A stretch of 64,000 nucleotides of DNA from Candidatus Melainabacteria bacterium 17Bon1m (GCA_032128875.1 JAVLKG010000001.1:736001-800000), one strand, 5' to 3'; positions 1 to 9,954 are shown, counted from the stretch's first letter. Program-made: numbers and translations. The notes: generated by a model not told the origin, from the sequence alone.

Positions 1-729
1 GAAGCCTGACTGCAGTACAATTCCCGCCACTTCTCGCTGTTTTGCAATCTGGCAGGTAACAGCGCAGCCCAGCGATTCGCCGTAAGCCAATATCTGTTTT
101 GGACTCCAACCTTTTACGTTATGCAGAAAGTCATAGGCAGCGACGCCGTCTTCAACGATGCCTCCAACAGACGGGTCTCCCTCGCTTTTACCGTAACCCT
201 GATAGTCATAGACGAGCACTGATGCCCCGAGGTTGAGCATATGCACGATATTCGGCAAGCGGTGAGCGTTGTTACCTGCGTTGCCGTGGCTCAGAAGAAA
301 TACCTGCTTGGCGCCTTGCCGCGCGAAGTAGAGCCCGTTCAACAGCTTGCCGTTCGCGGTTTTAAATTTAACTTCTTCTACTTTTGTTTTGAGCTTTTCC
401 TCAATGAATTGAAGCGGCTGCGCTATGTCATACGCAGTTTGGTCTGGAAAGAAGAGCAGAATGCGAGTGAGTTGAAACAGGCAGATAGGCGAAAGCAGGA
501 AGAAGAGAATGGTCAATTTCACTGCTTCTATAGTGGCGCGCCTTTTAAATGATGGCTTCTCACTTTCTTTGAGCTTCCAGCGATCGAGGTTGACGTACAG
601 CTTTGGCGCGTTTTCACTCTTAGTCAGAGCGCCCTCAGCCTCTGAGGATTTGTCTACCGTTTCATTTGAGCTGCTTGCTGATTGTGTCGTGGTTTCGGTT
701 TCTGGCATTGGGCTCGTGTTTGAATTCAC
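1..729 (-). CDS. Alpha/beta hydrolase (ABHD13/YfhR-like), membrane-anchored; 3' end truncated by window edge
   Basis: Not in the ORF track because it runs off the edge. Manual translation from GTG at 729 (GGAG upstream) gives a TM segment, SHGNAGN, YDYQGYGKSEG and the nucleophile elbow YGESLG. Confidence 0.85.
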   Translation of the reverse strand, partial: MNSNTSPMPETETTTQSASSSNETVDKSSEAEGALTKSENAPKLYVNLDRWKLKESEKPSFKRRATIEAVKLTILFFLLSPICLFQLTRILLFFPDQTAYDIAQPLQFIEEKLKTKVEEVKFKTANGKLLNGLYFARQGAKQVFLLSHGNAGNNAHRLPNIVHMLNLGASVLVYDYQGYGKSEGDPSVGGIVEDGVAAYDFLHNVKGWSPKQILAYGESLGCAVTCQIAKQREVAGIVLQSGF

Positions 730-942
730 GTTCTAATCTCCGGACGGCACGGGGGAGCGCAGCTGCATGTCAATAGCCTACAAGCAGCGAAGAGCGGCAG
801 TCGGAAAAGACGCTCAGTTAATATAGTGTTGCCTGCTTATGAGATTTTTGTGGAAAAACGGCAGTTATCGGCGAAATTGTTGATTTTCGGGCTGAGTATG
901 GGAATTGATAGGGTGAGGCGTGAACGCTTCTGACCGTTTAGG

Positions 943-2295
943 ATGGAAACTCAGGATTCAAGTCGGGATTCACTTATGGATCAGGTCGAAGAAAGCGTAG
1001 AAAGCTCGAACGTAGGTTGGGAAACCTTTTGGGAAGCAGGCAGCAGGGCCTTCCAGCTTGGTCGCTATGCCGACGCTGAGAAGCTGTTTCAGAAGTCACT
1101 TGCCGATGTGAAATCGCCTGATGCGGTTGATTCCAGGCGTAGTCCAGCCGAGGAAGATACGCTGTCCAATGCCACCACCGCAGAGCGCGTTGTTGCACAG
1201 GCGAAGATTTTGAGCAGCTTGGGCGAGCTTTATTTGGTCCAGGGCTGGCACGTTGAGGCGGAGAAGGCATACAAGAAAGCGATGTCCTTGAAAGAAAAAA
1301 TCTCCGGACCTGACAGTCTTTCGGTAGCGGAGATTTTGAACAAACTGGGAGTCATCTACCGCGCGCAGGGAAAATTTCAGGAAGTTGAGCCTGTTTTACG
1401 GCGCGCTTTGACTCTCTATGAAAAGGATACTTCTGCCAACAAGCTGGATTTGGCGACGGCGCTGGAGACGCTTGCTGATTTTTATCGCGCGCACGGGAAG
1501 TACGACATGGCGGAGCCACTATTTCAAAAGGGGCTTGCTATGCGGGAATCGGTGCTTGGTGCAGACCACCAGTCGATTGGTCCGGCATTGCAAAATCTTG
1601 CTTTGCTCAATCATGCGTCCGGCAAATACGATCTGGCAATGCCGCTTTATGAGCGCGCCTTGAAGATATCGGAAGCGACTTGGGGGGCTGAACATCCATC
1701 TTGTGCGACGATTTTGAATCAGCAAGGTGAGCTGTATCGCATGAAAGGTGATTTCCCCAGCGCGGAAAAAACTTTCTGGCGCGCGCTGCGTATCAGGCAG
1801 ACAGCGCTCGGGGTGGAACATCCAAGCACGGCGCAGAGTCTCGCCAGTCTCGCGCTGCTTTTCCATTTGCAATGCAAATACGATCAAGCAGAGCCTTTGT
1901 ACAAGACGCTGGTTGATTTGCGCACCAAAGATTGGGGACCGAAACATCCTCACGTTGCTGAGATGCTCAACAATCTTGCCGAGGTATATCAGGATCAAGG
2001 TAAATACAGCGAGGCGGAGCCTTTGTATTGGCGGGCTTTGTCGATTACGCAAGAAGCTCAAGGACCTGAGCATCCTAGCGTTGCGAAGGCGCTGCGAAAT
2101 CTGGCTGAGCTTTATGAAGAACAAGAAAATTACGACGAAGCAGATCGACTATTTCGCTGGGGGCTTGGCGTCGGAGAGAAAGCTCTGGGCAGCGAACATC
2201 CGGAAGTGACGGAGCTTATGGCTCGCTACGCATCTCTTCAAAAGCGTATGTCTGAGAATGACGAAGACACGCCATCGACAAATTGGCAGGATTAG
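943..2295 (+). CDS. Tetratricopeptide repeat protein (kinesin-light-chain-like 42-aa TPRs)
   Basis: Repeated 'G.EHP..A..LNNLA..Y..QGKY..AEPLY.RAL.I' units. Confidence 0.9.
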   Translation: METQDSSRDSLMDQVEESVESSNVGWETFWEAGSRAFQLGRYADAEKLFQKSLADVKSPDAVDSRRSPAEEDTLSNATTAERVVAQAKILSSLGELYLVQGWHVEAEKAYKKAMSLKEKISGPDSLSVAEILNKLGVIYRAQGKFQEVEPVLRRALTLYEKDTSANKLDLATALETLADFYRAHGKYDMAEPLFQKGLAMRESVLGADHQSIGPALQNLALLNHASGKYDLAMPLYERALKISEATWGAEHPSCATILNQQGELYRMKGDFPSAEKTFWRALRIRQTALGVEHPSTAQSLASLALLFHLQCKYDQAEPLYKTLVDLRTKDWGPKHPHVAEMLNNLAEVYQDQGKYSEAEPLYWRALSITQEAQGPEHPSVAKALRNLAELYEEQENYDEADRLFRWGLGVGEKALGSEHPEVTELMARYASLQKRMSENDEDTPSTNWQD

Positions 2296-2345
2296 GCGCT
2301 GCCTCCTTTGAAGTGTCCTGTGTTGGCAAAGAAGAGGCATTGTCC

Positions 2346-2395
2346 GTAGGGGCGATGCCATGCATCGCCCGGTCGACGCATGGCGTCGACCCTAC
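2346..2395. repeat. Inverted REP doublet (GTAG family)
   Basis: GTAGGGGCGATGCCATGCATCGCCC directly followed by the reverse complement of GTAGGGTCGACGCCATGCGTCGACC; lies between convergent genes. Confidence 0.85.
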
Positions 2396-2444
2396 AACCT
2401 TTTTATTTGCGCAGGATAGTGCCTCTTCTGACCTTACTTAGAAA

Positions 2445-3872
2445 CTAAGCAACAGGCACAGTAGTTTTCTCTTTGACGAGCTTTTTCTTCACGCCTTCGC
2501 CGGCAAGAAGCCCCGACGACGCGGCTTGCCCTACACCGCGAGTCCAGCTCGATGAGTCACCGATGATAAAGAGGTTCGGAATATTTGTCTCCATGTTTTT
2601 GGAAACAGTGATGGAATCGGGATAGCTCTTGCACTCAGGTGCAAACAACAGTGTTGAATCGTCGGCGACACCAGGACAAATTTTGTTGAGAGCATCGAGG
2701 TATTCGACAATGCCTTCCAAAATTCTGTGTGGGTAAGCCAGCGACACGTCACCGCATTCGGCTTCCAGAGTCGGTTTTACAAGATTATTCGTAAGCGACT
2801 TTGTGCGTCGTCCGGCACGTAGATCGCCCAGTCGTTGCACGAGTGGTCCGCCGCCTGCGAGCATGTTAACTACTTTGGCAATGGTCTGCGAGTAGAGCTG
2901 CGGGTCTTTGAATGGACGCGTGAATGTCTTCGAGACAAGAACAGCAAAGTTGTTGTTCTCGCTTTTCTCATACATCTTCGAGTGCCCATTCACAAGCACG
3001 TAATCGCGGTGGTTTTCCGGCGTGACGAAGCCCTTCGGATTGGAGCAAAAATTGCGAACCACGTCATTTGAATGTCTGCTTCTGTAATAAAGCTTAGGTT
3101 CGTAGAATCGCCTGTCTACTTCTTCTGTGAAGAAACAACTGGTCTCCACACGAATGCCGACATCAACTTGACCCGGATAAATATCCAGCGATTTGTAGAA
3201 CTCTTGCTGCGTCAGCCAGTGCGCGCCGCCTCGTCCGACAGACAAAACGCACATGTCGAAGAGCATTTCTTGCTCATTGCCTTGTTTTCTATAACCGTCG
3301 TATTGGACGAGGAACTGCTCGCCACGGCGAGAAACAGACTGTACCTTCATGTCCCAGTGGAAGGTGATGTTTGAGCCTTTCGCTTTGATTTCTTCCAGAA
3401 TGCTTGTGTTGATTGCCGGCGCATTATCAGAGCCGCAGTGCAGTAATTCTTGATAGTGGTAGGTCATGCCGGCCAGCGTTGCTTTTTTCTTGATCCACTC
3501 GAGATCTTCTTCATTCGGCTTTACGACCGGTATTTCGCAAGGAGCATGCTTCAAAATCGTCTCGCGAACGACGTTCAATTTCTTCTGCAATTCGTCGCCG
3601 CCAACCAGGTCATAGAGCCTTCCTCCAATGACTGGAGAGGCGGAAAGAATTACTTTGAAGTCATTCCAGCTTCCGGCCGACTGCCCGGGAGCGCAATAAC
3701 TGCAGGCTTTCGGAGGGCAAACGGTGAGCACGCCCTGGTCGATTGGGCAGGCATATCGCTTGTCATAAACAGGACCTACGTCGAAAACGTGTACTTCTAC
3801 ATCTGCGCCGGCTAGCTCCTTGAGAGCGAACAAACCGGAGGCACCTAATCCCACTAGTGCAAGCTTTTGCAT
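2445..3872 (-). CDS. NAD(P)/FAD-dependent oxidoreductase (COG2509-like)
   Basis: N-terminal GLGASG dinucleotide-binding motif, VDVGIRVE, FCSNPKG, VNGHS, and C-terminal TNIPNLFIIGD..SWTRG. Confidence 0.85.
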   Translation of the reverse strand: MQKLALVGLGASGLFALKELAGADVEVHVFDVGPVYDKRYACPIDQGVLTVCPPKACSYCAPGQSAGSWNDFKVILSASPVIGGRLYDLVGGDELQKKLNVVRETILKHAPCEIPVVKPNEEDLEWIKKKATLAGMTYHYQELLHCGSDNAPAINTSILEEIKAKGSNITFHWDMKVQSVSRRGEQFLVQYDGYRKQGNEQEMLFDMCVLSVGRGGAHWLTQQEFYKSLDIYPGQVDVGIRVETSCFFTEEVDRRFYEPKLYYRSRHSNDVVRNFCSNPKGFVTPENHRDYVLVNGHSKMYEKSENNNFAVLVSKTFTRPFKDPQLYSQTIAKVVNMLAGGGPLVQRLGDLRAGRRTKSLTNNLVKPTLEAECGDVSLAYPHRILEGIVEYLDALNKICPGVADDSTLLFAPECKSYPDSITVSKNMETNIPNLFIIGDSSSWTRGVGQAASSGLLAGEGVKKKLVKEKTTVPVA

Positions 3873-3910
3873 TTTTGTTGTGCTGTAACCCCTGAAATCC
3901 CCAAAGCGCC

Positions 3911-3945
3911 AGCGGTTTCACCCGTAATCGGGTAGTTATGCCGCC
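3911..3945 (-). promoter_or_regulatory. Candidate structured 5' leader motif
   Basis: Minus-strand GGCGG-CAUAACU-ACCCG-AUUA-CGGGU-GAAA-CCGCU, just downstream of a TAGAAT -10-like hexamer (3963-3968). Confidence 0.4.
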
Positions 3946-4041
3946 TGCCTGGCCAACATTTGATTCTACCACCGGAATCACCGGCTGGTACGGAATTCTT
4001 GACTACCTTAACACGAAATCAACTAAGGGCATTGGCCGCCC

Positions 4042-5283
4042 CTACTCGACGAACTTCTTCATCCGCTCGTGTTCCATCGTTTCGAGCATTCCATTCATTT
4101 GAGTGGACAATTCATCAGTGATCTTTTGCAAAGCCACTTTCTTGTTCGTCTTGTACTCGTGCTGATAGCTGCGCAAATCAATTGGGTTGCCGACATCAAT
4201 CATGATGCAGCGCGGCCCCTTGATAGATGTTTCTCCCAGCACTTCATGCTCGATGCGCTCCAGCACATCGGCAAAGCGCTCTTGCGTCATGTGCGATTTG
4301 ATATACCCGTCATATATAGAAACGAAGTTAACGACTCGATCAAGGTCTTTGTAGAAGCCCTTAATTTCTGTGGCTTTTTCTGCATGCAGCTCTTTTTCGT
4401 ACTCAGAAAGCCCGTCTTCTGATTCATAGACGAAGTCGTCGATTCTGTTGCGCAATAAGCGAACCGCATCCAGAGTACGATCGCTCCTCGGCAACTCGAT
4501 GTTCAAATAGCTGGACATGTGCGTGAGGATTGCCATTCTCAACGCCGTAATTCGATCGTTGAGAGTGGCGTCTTTGGACGGTTCTTGGTTGTATTCCGCT
4601 TCTAATGCCTTGATCAGCCTTTCTGCCACCGCCATCAGGCGTGGATAAAGCTTGGTCCCTGACGGTCTGGGCACGCCCATCTTCGCTTCCAATTTTGCCA
4701 ACGTATCGGCCAGGGCTGGCTTGATATCGCCGGTGTACGTGTATTTCAGAGCGATTGGGACGATGTAGATATGCTCGGCTACACCCTGCTTGTCGAGTTC
4801 GTCCATTGCCCAAAATGAAAGCTGCGCCGCGCCTGTTTCCAGCGGCAAGAGCGTGTCATTTTGTCTGGAGATTTCGCCTTCAGGGAAAAGCACAAGTTTT
4901 TGCTTTCCTTCCGAGAGAATCTTTTTGGTCATCTTGAATGACTCACGGTCGGGCGCGCCGCGCACTACCGAGTAAGCGCCAATGTGCTGCAACCACCATC
5001 CATTGAAGCCGTGGTCCCAGTCGAAGACTTCCCTGGCCGCGACGTAATTGAACGATTCCTTTGCCGCCTGTCCGAAAAAGAACATCGCTTGCGGATCGTG
5101 TCTGTTGGAATGGTTAGGGCATACCAGGGCACGCTTGCCTTTTAACTGGGCAAAACGCTGGAGAGCGCCGTCCTTTACTTTGATCTGCGTGTCGCTCATG
5201 CCGAACTTTTTATAGAGCGGCGCGCACAACTTAATGAAGCCGATCAGTAGAGGCGATTCTTTTGGGGGGCGAAAGTCAAGCAC
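4042..5283 (-). CDS. Phospholipid/glycerol acyltransferase (PlsC-like)
   Basis: NHSNRHD (HX4D) and LFPEG motifs. Confidence 0.88.
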   Translation of the reverse strand: MLDFRPPKESPLLIGFIKLCAPLYKKFGMSDTQIKVKDGALQRFAQLKGKRALVCPNHSNRHDPQAMFFFGQAAKESFNYVAAREVFDWDHGFNGWWLQHIGAYSVVRGAPDRESFKMTKKILSEGKQKLVLFPEGEISRQNDTLLPLETGAAQLSFWAMDELDKQGVAEHIYIVPIALKYTYTGDIKPALADTLAKLEAKMGVPRPSGTKLYPRLMAVAERLIKALEAEYNQEPSKDATLNDRITALRMAILTHMSSYLNIELPRSDRTLDAVRLLRNRIDDFVYESEDGLSEYEKELHAEKATEIKGFYKDLDRVVNFVSIYDGYIKSHMTQERFADVLERIEHEVLGETSIKGPRCIMIDVGNPIDLRSYQHEYKTNKKVALQKITDELSTQMNGMLETMEHERMKKFVE

Positions 5284-5397
5284 TGGTCTGTAAAACCGCG
5301 AGTTATTTGCGACTGAAACTCTCTTGCAAGTCCCAGTATAACAATGAATTTCAGACCGGCCTTCTTTGCTTCAGGCAAGCTCTAAAACGCTAACAGG

Positions 5398-6162
5398 TTA
5401 GGCAATAGCGCTAAACCGGAAGTTCCGCTTCTTGAGCTTGTGGATAAGCGTTCGGGCAGCCGCGATGGTTTGGTTGCCCGTTGGTTCTAACTCGTGCAAA
5501 ATCATAATTCCACCGGGAGCCGCATATTTAGACAGTCTGCTTACAACCGATCGCTCGCCTATTTTGCGCCAGTCTTCTGAAAACGCGCTCCAGTAAACGG
5601 TTTTCATCCCCTGCTCTTTTAGCAATGCATGCGCTTTTGTGTCGACGATGCCAAATGGTGGGCGAAACAATTTTGGCGATTCGCCGGTGATGTCCTTGAT
5701 TCTCTGGTTTGTTGAAAGTATCTCTTTCTCGAGTTTTTTTGTAGAGAGCAAAGGCAAAAATTGATGGCTGTACGTATGATTGCCGATGGAGTGTCCATGT
5801 TTGCTTACTTCTAAAAGTAAATCTTCGTGCATCTCGACTTGTTCGCCAATGACAAAGAAAGTCGCCTTTACGCCTTCTTCTTCGAATAGTTCTAGCAGGC
5901 GAGGCGTAGTAGCAGGGTTTGGCCCATCATCAAAGGTCAGGTGTATCTCTGCATTGCCACCAGATACGATGGCGGATTGCCCTTCGTCGTATTCCTCAGG
6001 CTGCTGTCCTTTCCAAAGTCCTTCCGGCAAAAGCAGCTTGGCGAGCCCTGTCAGGCCTTCCATGTGCAGGCGCGCAAAATTGTCCGATACCATGTCGGAT
6101 AACGTTAGCTTCGATTTTTTGCGAAGCTCGCTCGTGTTTTGCTGTGATGGTGAATTAGACAT
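5398..6162 (-). CDS. Polysaccharide deacetylase (CE4/NodB)
   Basis: TFDDGP, GNHTYSH, FRPPFG and ILH motifs. Confidence 0.92.
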   Translation of the reverse strand: MSNSPSQQNTSELRKKSKLTLSDMVSDNFARLHMEGLTGLAKLLLPEGLWKGQQPEEYDEGQSAIVSGGNAEIHLTFDDGPNPATTPRLLELFEEEGVKATFFVIGEQVEMHEDLLLEVSKHGHSIGNHTYSHQFLPLLSTKKLEKEILSTNQRIKDITGESPKLFRPPFGIVDTKAHALLKEQGMKTVYWSAFSEDWRKIGERSVVSRLSKYAAPGGIMILHELEPTGNQTIAAARTLIHKLKKRNFRFSAIA

Positions 6163-6976
6163 TGGCTGGTTCGCCCGACTTGGCCGTGTTTTGAATAAGC
6201 AGATGGATAGCGCGTCTTGCTTTGTCTCCTACTTCTTGTGAGCGTCTTTGCGCAATTGATTCGATGGCGCTGGCAAAAGCGTAGAATCGCTCGATTGGCA
6301 AATGCGTGGCTTTTGGATGAGGTAAAAGACTGCGCAGATATCCGCGCAGATTGTTACTCTCCTTGTCGCTAAGCGGCTGAATGAGCGACAAAAGCGGGCC
6401 CAAGGAGCGCAAAGAAATTAGCGGTGTCGAATAGGTAATCACATTTTTCGAGAGAGCCCGATGGATAAGAACGCATTGAGGCAGTGGTGCTTGTTTGTCA
6501 CTCGACCCTTCCGGGATCTTAACCATTTGGTCTGCCCACAGTCCAAAGTCATGCAACAGATCGAAAAGTGAACCGGCTTTCTTGCTCTCCTGACCAACCA
6601 CCGGGAGCAAGCCGTAAATAAGTGGTCTGGCATCGCACTTGTCAACGTCTTTCGATACGTTTAGCATCGCGCCTGATAAGGACGAAGCCTTGACCAGTAG
6701 TGCCGATTCGTTGATCTCTCCAATTCTGCCTGGGGCGAACTCGACTTCCTTAATCGAGTATTCCTGGCAGAGCAAAACGTCGAGCACTGCGTCTCCAACA
6801 ATGGCGCCGAATTCGGCTGAAGTTACGTTGCCGGTGACAAAGTAAATCATCACCTTCGGGATGTTTCTGCCAAGCGAGACGTGCAAAATCCCGGTCACCT
6901 TTTCCAGGCTCAAAAACTGCATCACATTGAAGATGGTGCCTTCGCGAACGGATGTGATGTGAAAGTTGATGCCCAC
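6155..6976 (-). CDS. DUF4388/PATAN-like domain protein
   Basis: N-terminal 'IFNVMQFLSLEKVTGILHV...IYFVTGNVTSA..G..GDAVL' pattern; overlaps the deacetylase start by 8 bp. Confidence 0.65.
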   Translation of the reverse strand: MGINFHITSVREGTIFNVMQFLSLEKVTGILHVSLGRNIPKVMIYFVTGNVTSAEFGAIVGDAVLDVLLCQEYSIKEVEFAPGRIGEINESALLVKASSLSGAMLNVSKDVDKCDARPLIYGLLPVVGQESKKAGSLFDLLHDFGLWADQMVKIPEGSSDKQAPLPQCVLIHRALSKNVITYSTPLISLRSLGPLLSLIQPLSDKESNNLRGYLRSLLPHPKATHLPIERFYAFASAIESIAQRRSQEVGDKARRAIHLLIQNTAKSGEPANV

Positions 6977-7141
6977 GGATTTGAAATAACCTGGAGGTAG
7001 TAGCCGATTCGTACTTTGAACCGGAACGAAGTCGGAAGCGCTAGGACGTGCTTCTTAAATTATATGCTTCCCGAAATCTAATTGGCAGCAACGCTATAAC
7101 CGTCGCTCGCTTGAATTTTGCGCACCCAACTAGGGGATGCT

Positions 7142-8785
7142 TTAGCTTGCCGGTTCAAGATTGAGTTTTGCCATCAGCGCTTTGCGAACGACCTCACGGT
7201 CATCGAAATGGATGGTCTTGTCAGCGAGGATCTGATAAGTCTCGTGCCCTTTGCCGGCAATCAAGATGACGTCTTTCTCGCTTGCGGCCTCAATTGCCAT
7301 ATGAATGGCTTGGGCGCGATCCGGCTCGACCTGCACGTCTTTCATTCGTTTGATTCCAGCAAGAATGTCCGCGATTATCTGTTGCGGATCTTCGGTTCGC
7401 GGGTTGTCCGAGGTTACGACAAGCTGGTCGGCGAGATTTTCGGCGATTTCGCCCATCTGTGGGCGTTTTGAATTGTCTCTGTCTCCGCCGCAGCCAAAGA
7501 CTACGTAAAGCTTTCCGCCCGCGGGGACGAGCTTTCTGGCTGCTTTGAGAACATTGTCAAGCCCATCCGGGGTGTGGGCATAGTCCACAAGGCAAAGGGG
7601 CTGAGCAAGGCTTTCGTTCTTGGGTCCAGACACTCTGACCAGCTCAAAACGTCCAGCCACACCTTCGAAAGTTTCGATAGCCGCCTTGAGTTCCGAGCGA
7701 TCTATACCTTCGTTTAAGCAGATAGCCAGGGCGGCCATGGCGTTGTAGACATTGAAGACACCGTTCAAACGCAAGTTGATTTCCATAGAACCTGCAGGTG
7801 TAGCCAATTCCAGGCGTGTGCCGTTGAAATCAAAGTCGGCTTTGACGGCGCGAACGTCGGCGGTTTCGTTCCATCCGTAAGTAAGGACGCGGACGGATTT
7901 GTCGAGAGACTTGATGAAGTCCGGAGCCAGCGCGTCATCCAGGTTGATGACTGCAGCTTTCGTATTCTGCACGCTCTCCGACAACTGGCTGAAGAGCAGT
8001 CTTTTCGATTTCCAGTAATGGTCCATTGTCTTGTGGAAATCGAGGTGGTCTTGCGTGATATTGGTCAGGCAGGCTGACGCAAACTGGCAGCCGTCGACTC
8101 TTTTGAGTGCCAGCGCGTGGCTGGAAACTTCCATTGCCACATGGCTCAAACCGCGCGAAACCATCGAAGCAAGCAGTTCTTGCAGGTCCGAGGCTTGCGG
8201 AGTGGTGAATTTCAGATCTTCGTATTGCTTGTCGCCGTCGGCTCTTGTCCAGCGTGCACCAAGCGTGCCAATTAGTCCAACGCGCTTGCCTGCCTTCTCT
8301 AGCAGGTGCTCAACCATGTGGGTTGTCGTAGTTTTGCCGTTGGTGCCGGTCACTCCAATGAGACGGAGTTTCGTGGACGGGCGGTCGAAGAAGTAATCGG
8401 AAGCCTTAGCCAGTGCCAATCTTACATCCGGCACAACAACAAAAGGCGCCGCCAGAGACTTCTCGTCCGATGGGCGCTTTTCAGTAATTATTAGAGCTGC
8501 GCCCTTCTTCAGCGCGTCTTGAATGAAGGCGTTACCATCTTGTTTTTGACCTTCGATGCAAAAGAATGCATCGCCTGGCGCTACAAGACGGGAGTCATAA
8601 CGGACTCCTTTAATCTGATCTGCTTTCTGTGCCTCCGGTCCTGCGTTCAAGACCGAAATTTCGCCCGCGAGGGACGTCTTCAACTGTGAAAGAAAATCAT
8701 CCAGCGGCTTTGCTGCTGGCTCAGTCTGTTGCGTCAACAAGTTATCGCCCGAATTTGAAACTGTAGAGGCAGCTTGCGCTGCCAT
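7142..8785 (-). CDS. murE: UDP-N-acetylmuramoyl-L-alanyl-D-glutamate--2,6-diaminopimelate ligase
   Basis: GVTGTNGKTT, MEVSSH, DHLDFH, DYAHTPD, DNPR (m-DAP specificity) and AGKGHE. Confidence 0.97.
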   Translation of the reverse strand: MAAQAASTVSNSGDNLLTQQTEPAAKPLDDFLSQLKTSLAGEISVLNAGPEAQKADQIKGVRYDSRLVAPGDAFFCIEGQKQDGNAFIQDALKKGAALIITEKRPSDEKSLAAPFVVVPDVRLALAKASDYFFDRPSTKLRLIGVTGTNGKTTTTHMVEHLLEKAGKRVGLIGTLGARWTRADGDKQYEDLKFTTPQASDLQELLASMVSRGLSHVAMEVSSHALALKRVDGCQFASACLTNITQDHLDFHKTMDHYWKSKRLLFSQLSESVQNTKAAVINLDDALAPDFIKSLDKSVRVLTYGWNETADVRAVKADFDFNGTRLELATPAGSMEINLRLNGVFNVYNAMAALAICLNEGIDRSELKAAIETFEGVAGRFELVRVSGPKNESLAQPLCLVDYAHTPDGLDNVLKAARKLVPAGGKLYVVFGCGGDRDNSKRPQMGEIAENLADQLVVTSDNPRTEDPQQIIADILAGIKRMKDVQVEPDRAQAIHMAIEAASEKDVILIAGKGHETYQILADKTIHFDDREVVRKALMAKLNLEPAS

Positions 8786-8819
8786 GCTGCGGGAGCCGTC
8801 GGCTCCACTACATCAATAT

Positions 8820-9071
8820 CTATACAGGGTAAACGGAGATAAGTTGACGTCCGCGTTGTGCTTCGAATTTGACCACGCCGTCAGCAACTGCGTAGAGCGA
8901 ATCGTCTCCGGCTACTCTGACGTTGGCGCCTGGATGAAAGCGGGTTCCGCGTTGTCTGACGAGAATGTTGCCGGCAGTTACCAATTCGCCGCCGTATCTC
9001 TTCACACCAAGGCGCTTGGGCTGACTATCGCGCCCGTTTCTTGTCGAACCTGCCCCTTTTTTATGTGCCAT
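8820..9071 (-). CDS. rpmA: 50S ribosomal protein L27
   Basis: [16 protein letters not shown]...RLGVKR. Confidence 0.98.
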   Translation of the reverse strand: MAHKKGAGSTRNGRDSQPKRLGVKRYGGELVTAGNILVRQRGTRFHPGANVRVAGDDSLYAVADGVVKFEAQRGRQLISVYPV

Positions 9072-9118
9072 GACAAATCACCTTTGTTATGTGTCCTAAT
9101 CAACTTCGCTCGAAGTGA

Positions 9119-9574
9119 TTACTCTGCTTTCTTCTTAGCTGCTGGTTTTTCTGCTGCTTTTGCCTTTGCTTCTTTCTTCGGCTCGGCTTTAGCTTTTGCC
9201 TCTTTCTTAGGCTCTGCTTTGGCTTTCTTCGATTGTTCGTCAGCTTTGGCAAGTTCCTTATCGTTCAATTTGATCGACTCAATAAGGATGCGTGTGTAGT
9301 GTTGGCGGTGACCCTGTTTCTTACGGGTGCCTTTCTTTGGCTTCATGTGATAGACGATGATCTTCTTGTTCTTGTCGTGACCAAGAATTTTGCCTTCCAC
9401 TTTGGCGCCTTCGATGAAAGGCTTGCCGACTGTGGACTTATCGCCATCTACGAGCATCAAAACGCGCTCAAATACAAATTTGTCGCCAGCCTTGCCGTCA
9501 GTCAAATCGACGTCTACAAAGCGGCCCGCTTCCAATTGAAATTGCCTTCCCGAGGCTTCTACGATGGCAAACAT
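9119..9574 (-). CDS. rplU: 50S ribosomal protein L21 with Lys/Ala/Glu-rich C-terminal extension
   Basis: MFAIVEASGRQF...KKQGHRQHYT. ATG at 9574 has GGAG upstream; the tail carries AKAEPKKE repeats. Confidence 0.96.
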   Translation of the reverse strand: MFAIVEASGRQFQLEAGRFVDVDLTDGKAGDKFVFERVLMLVDGDKSTVGKPFIEGAKVEGKILGHDKNKKIIVYHMKPKKGTRKKQGHRQHYTRILIESIKLNDKELAKADEQSKKAKAEPKKEAKAKAEPKKEAKAKAAEKPAAKKKAE

Positions 9575-9592
9575 TGTCGTCTCCAAATCTTG

Positions 9593-9635
9593 TACTCGTT
9601 AGCTAGTGTCCGAAAGGACCCGCTAATGCGCTGAA
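9593..9635 (-). promoter_or_regulatory. L21-leader-like RNA structure
   Basis: Minus-strand AGCGCA-UUAGC-GG-GUCC-UUUC-GGAC-ACUA-GCUAA-CGAGU directly upstream of rplU; the CGCA...CGAGU frame resembles the L21 leader. Confidence 0.5.
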
Positions 9636-9954
9636 TAAAATGTCGCCCCAACATTTAAGTGGGCGTAACGCCGTGTGCCCCATTCGGGGACTCGGGCGAC
9701 TGGCAATAGTACCAAATATAAATTGTGTCGTCCAAACATACGTAAATTGTCTTAAGCTTTATGTGATGGACTGTTGCGTGAGGACTGGCGCATTCTTGTG
9801 AGGCGGTAGGGAGAAAACCAGTCAGGGGCTGGTTCTTGGCAGGTTTTGGAAAAAACCGGAAACGTCGCATAATGAAAGGGTTTTCACCAGCCCATCTTAA
9901 TAAACAGACTCCGCCCGGCGATAGACTTTAGGTAGGTAAGAGGACGGGACACCA

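Noticed and set aside
241-736. Plus-strand ORFs 241..552 and 509..736
   Set aside because: They are antisense to the alpha/beta hydrolase on the minus strand.
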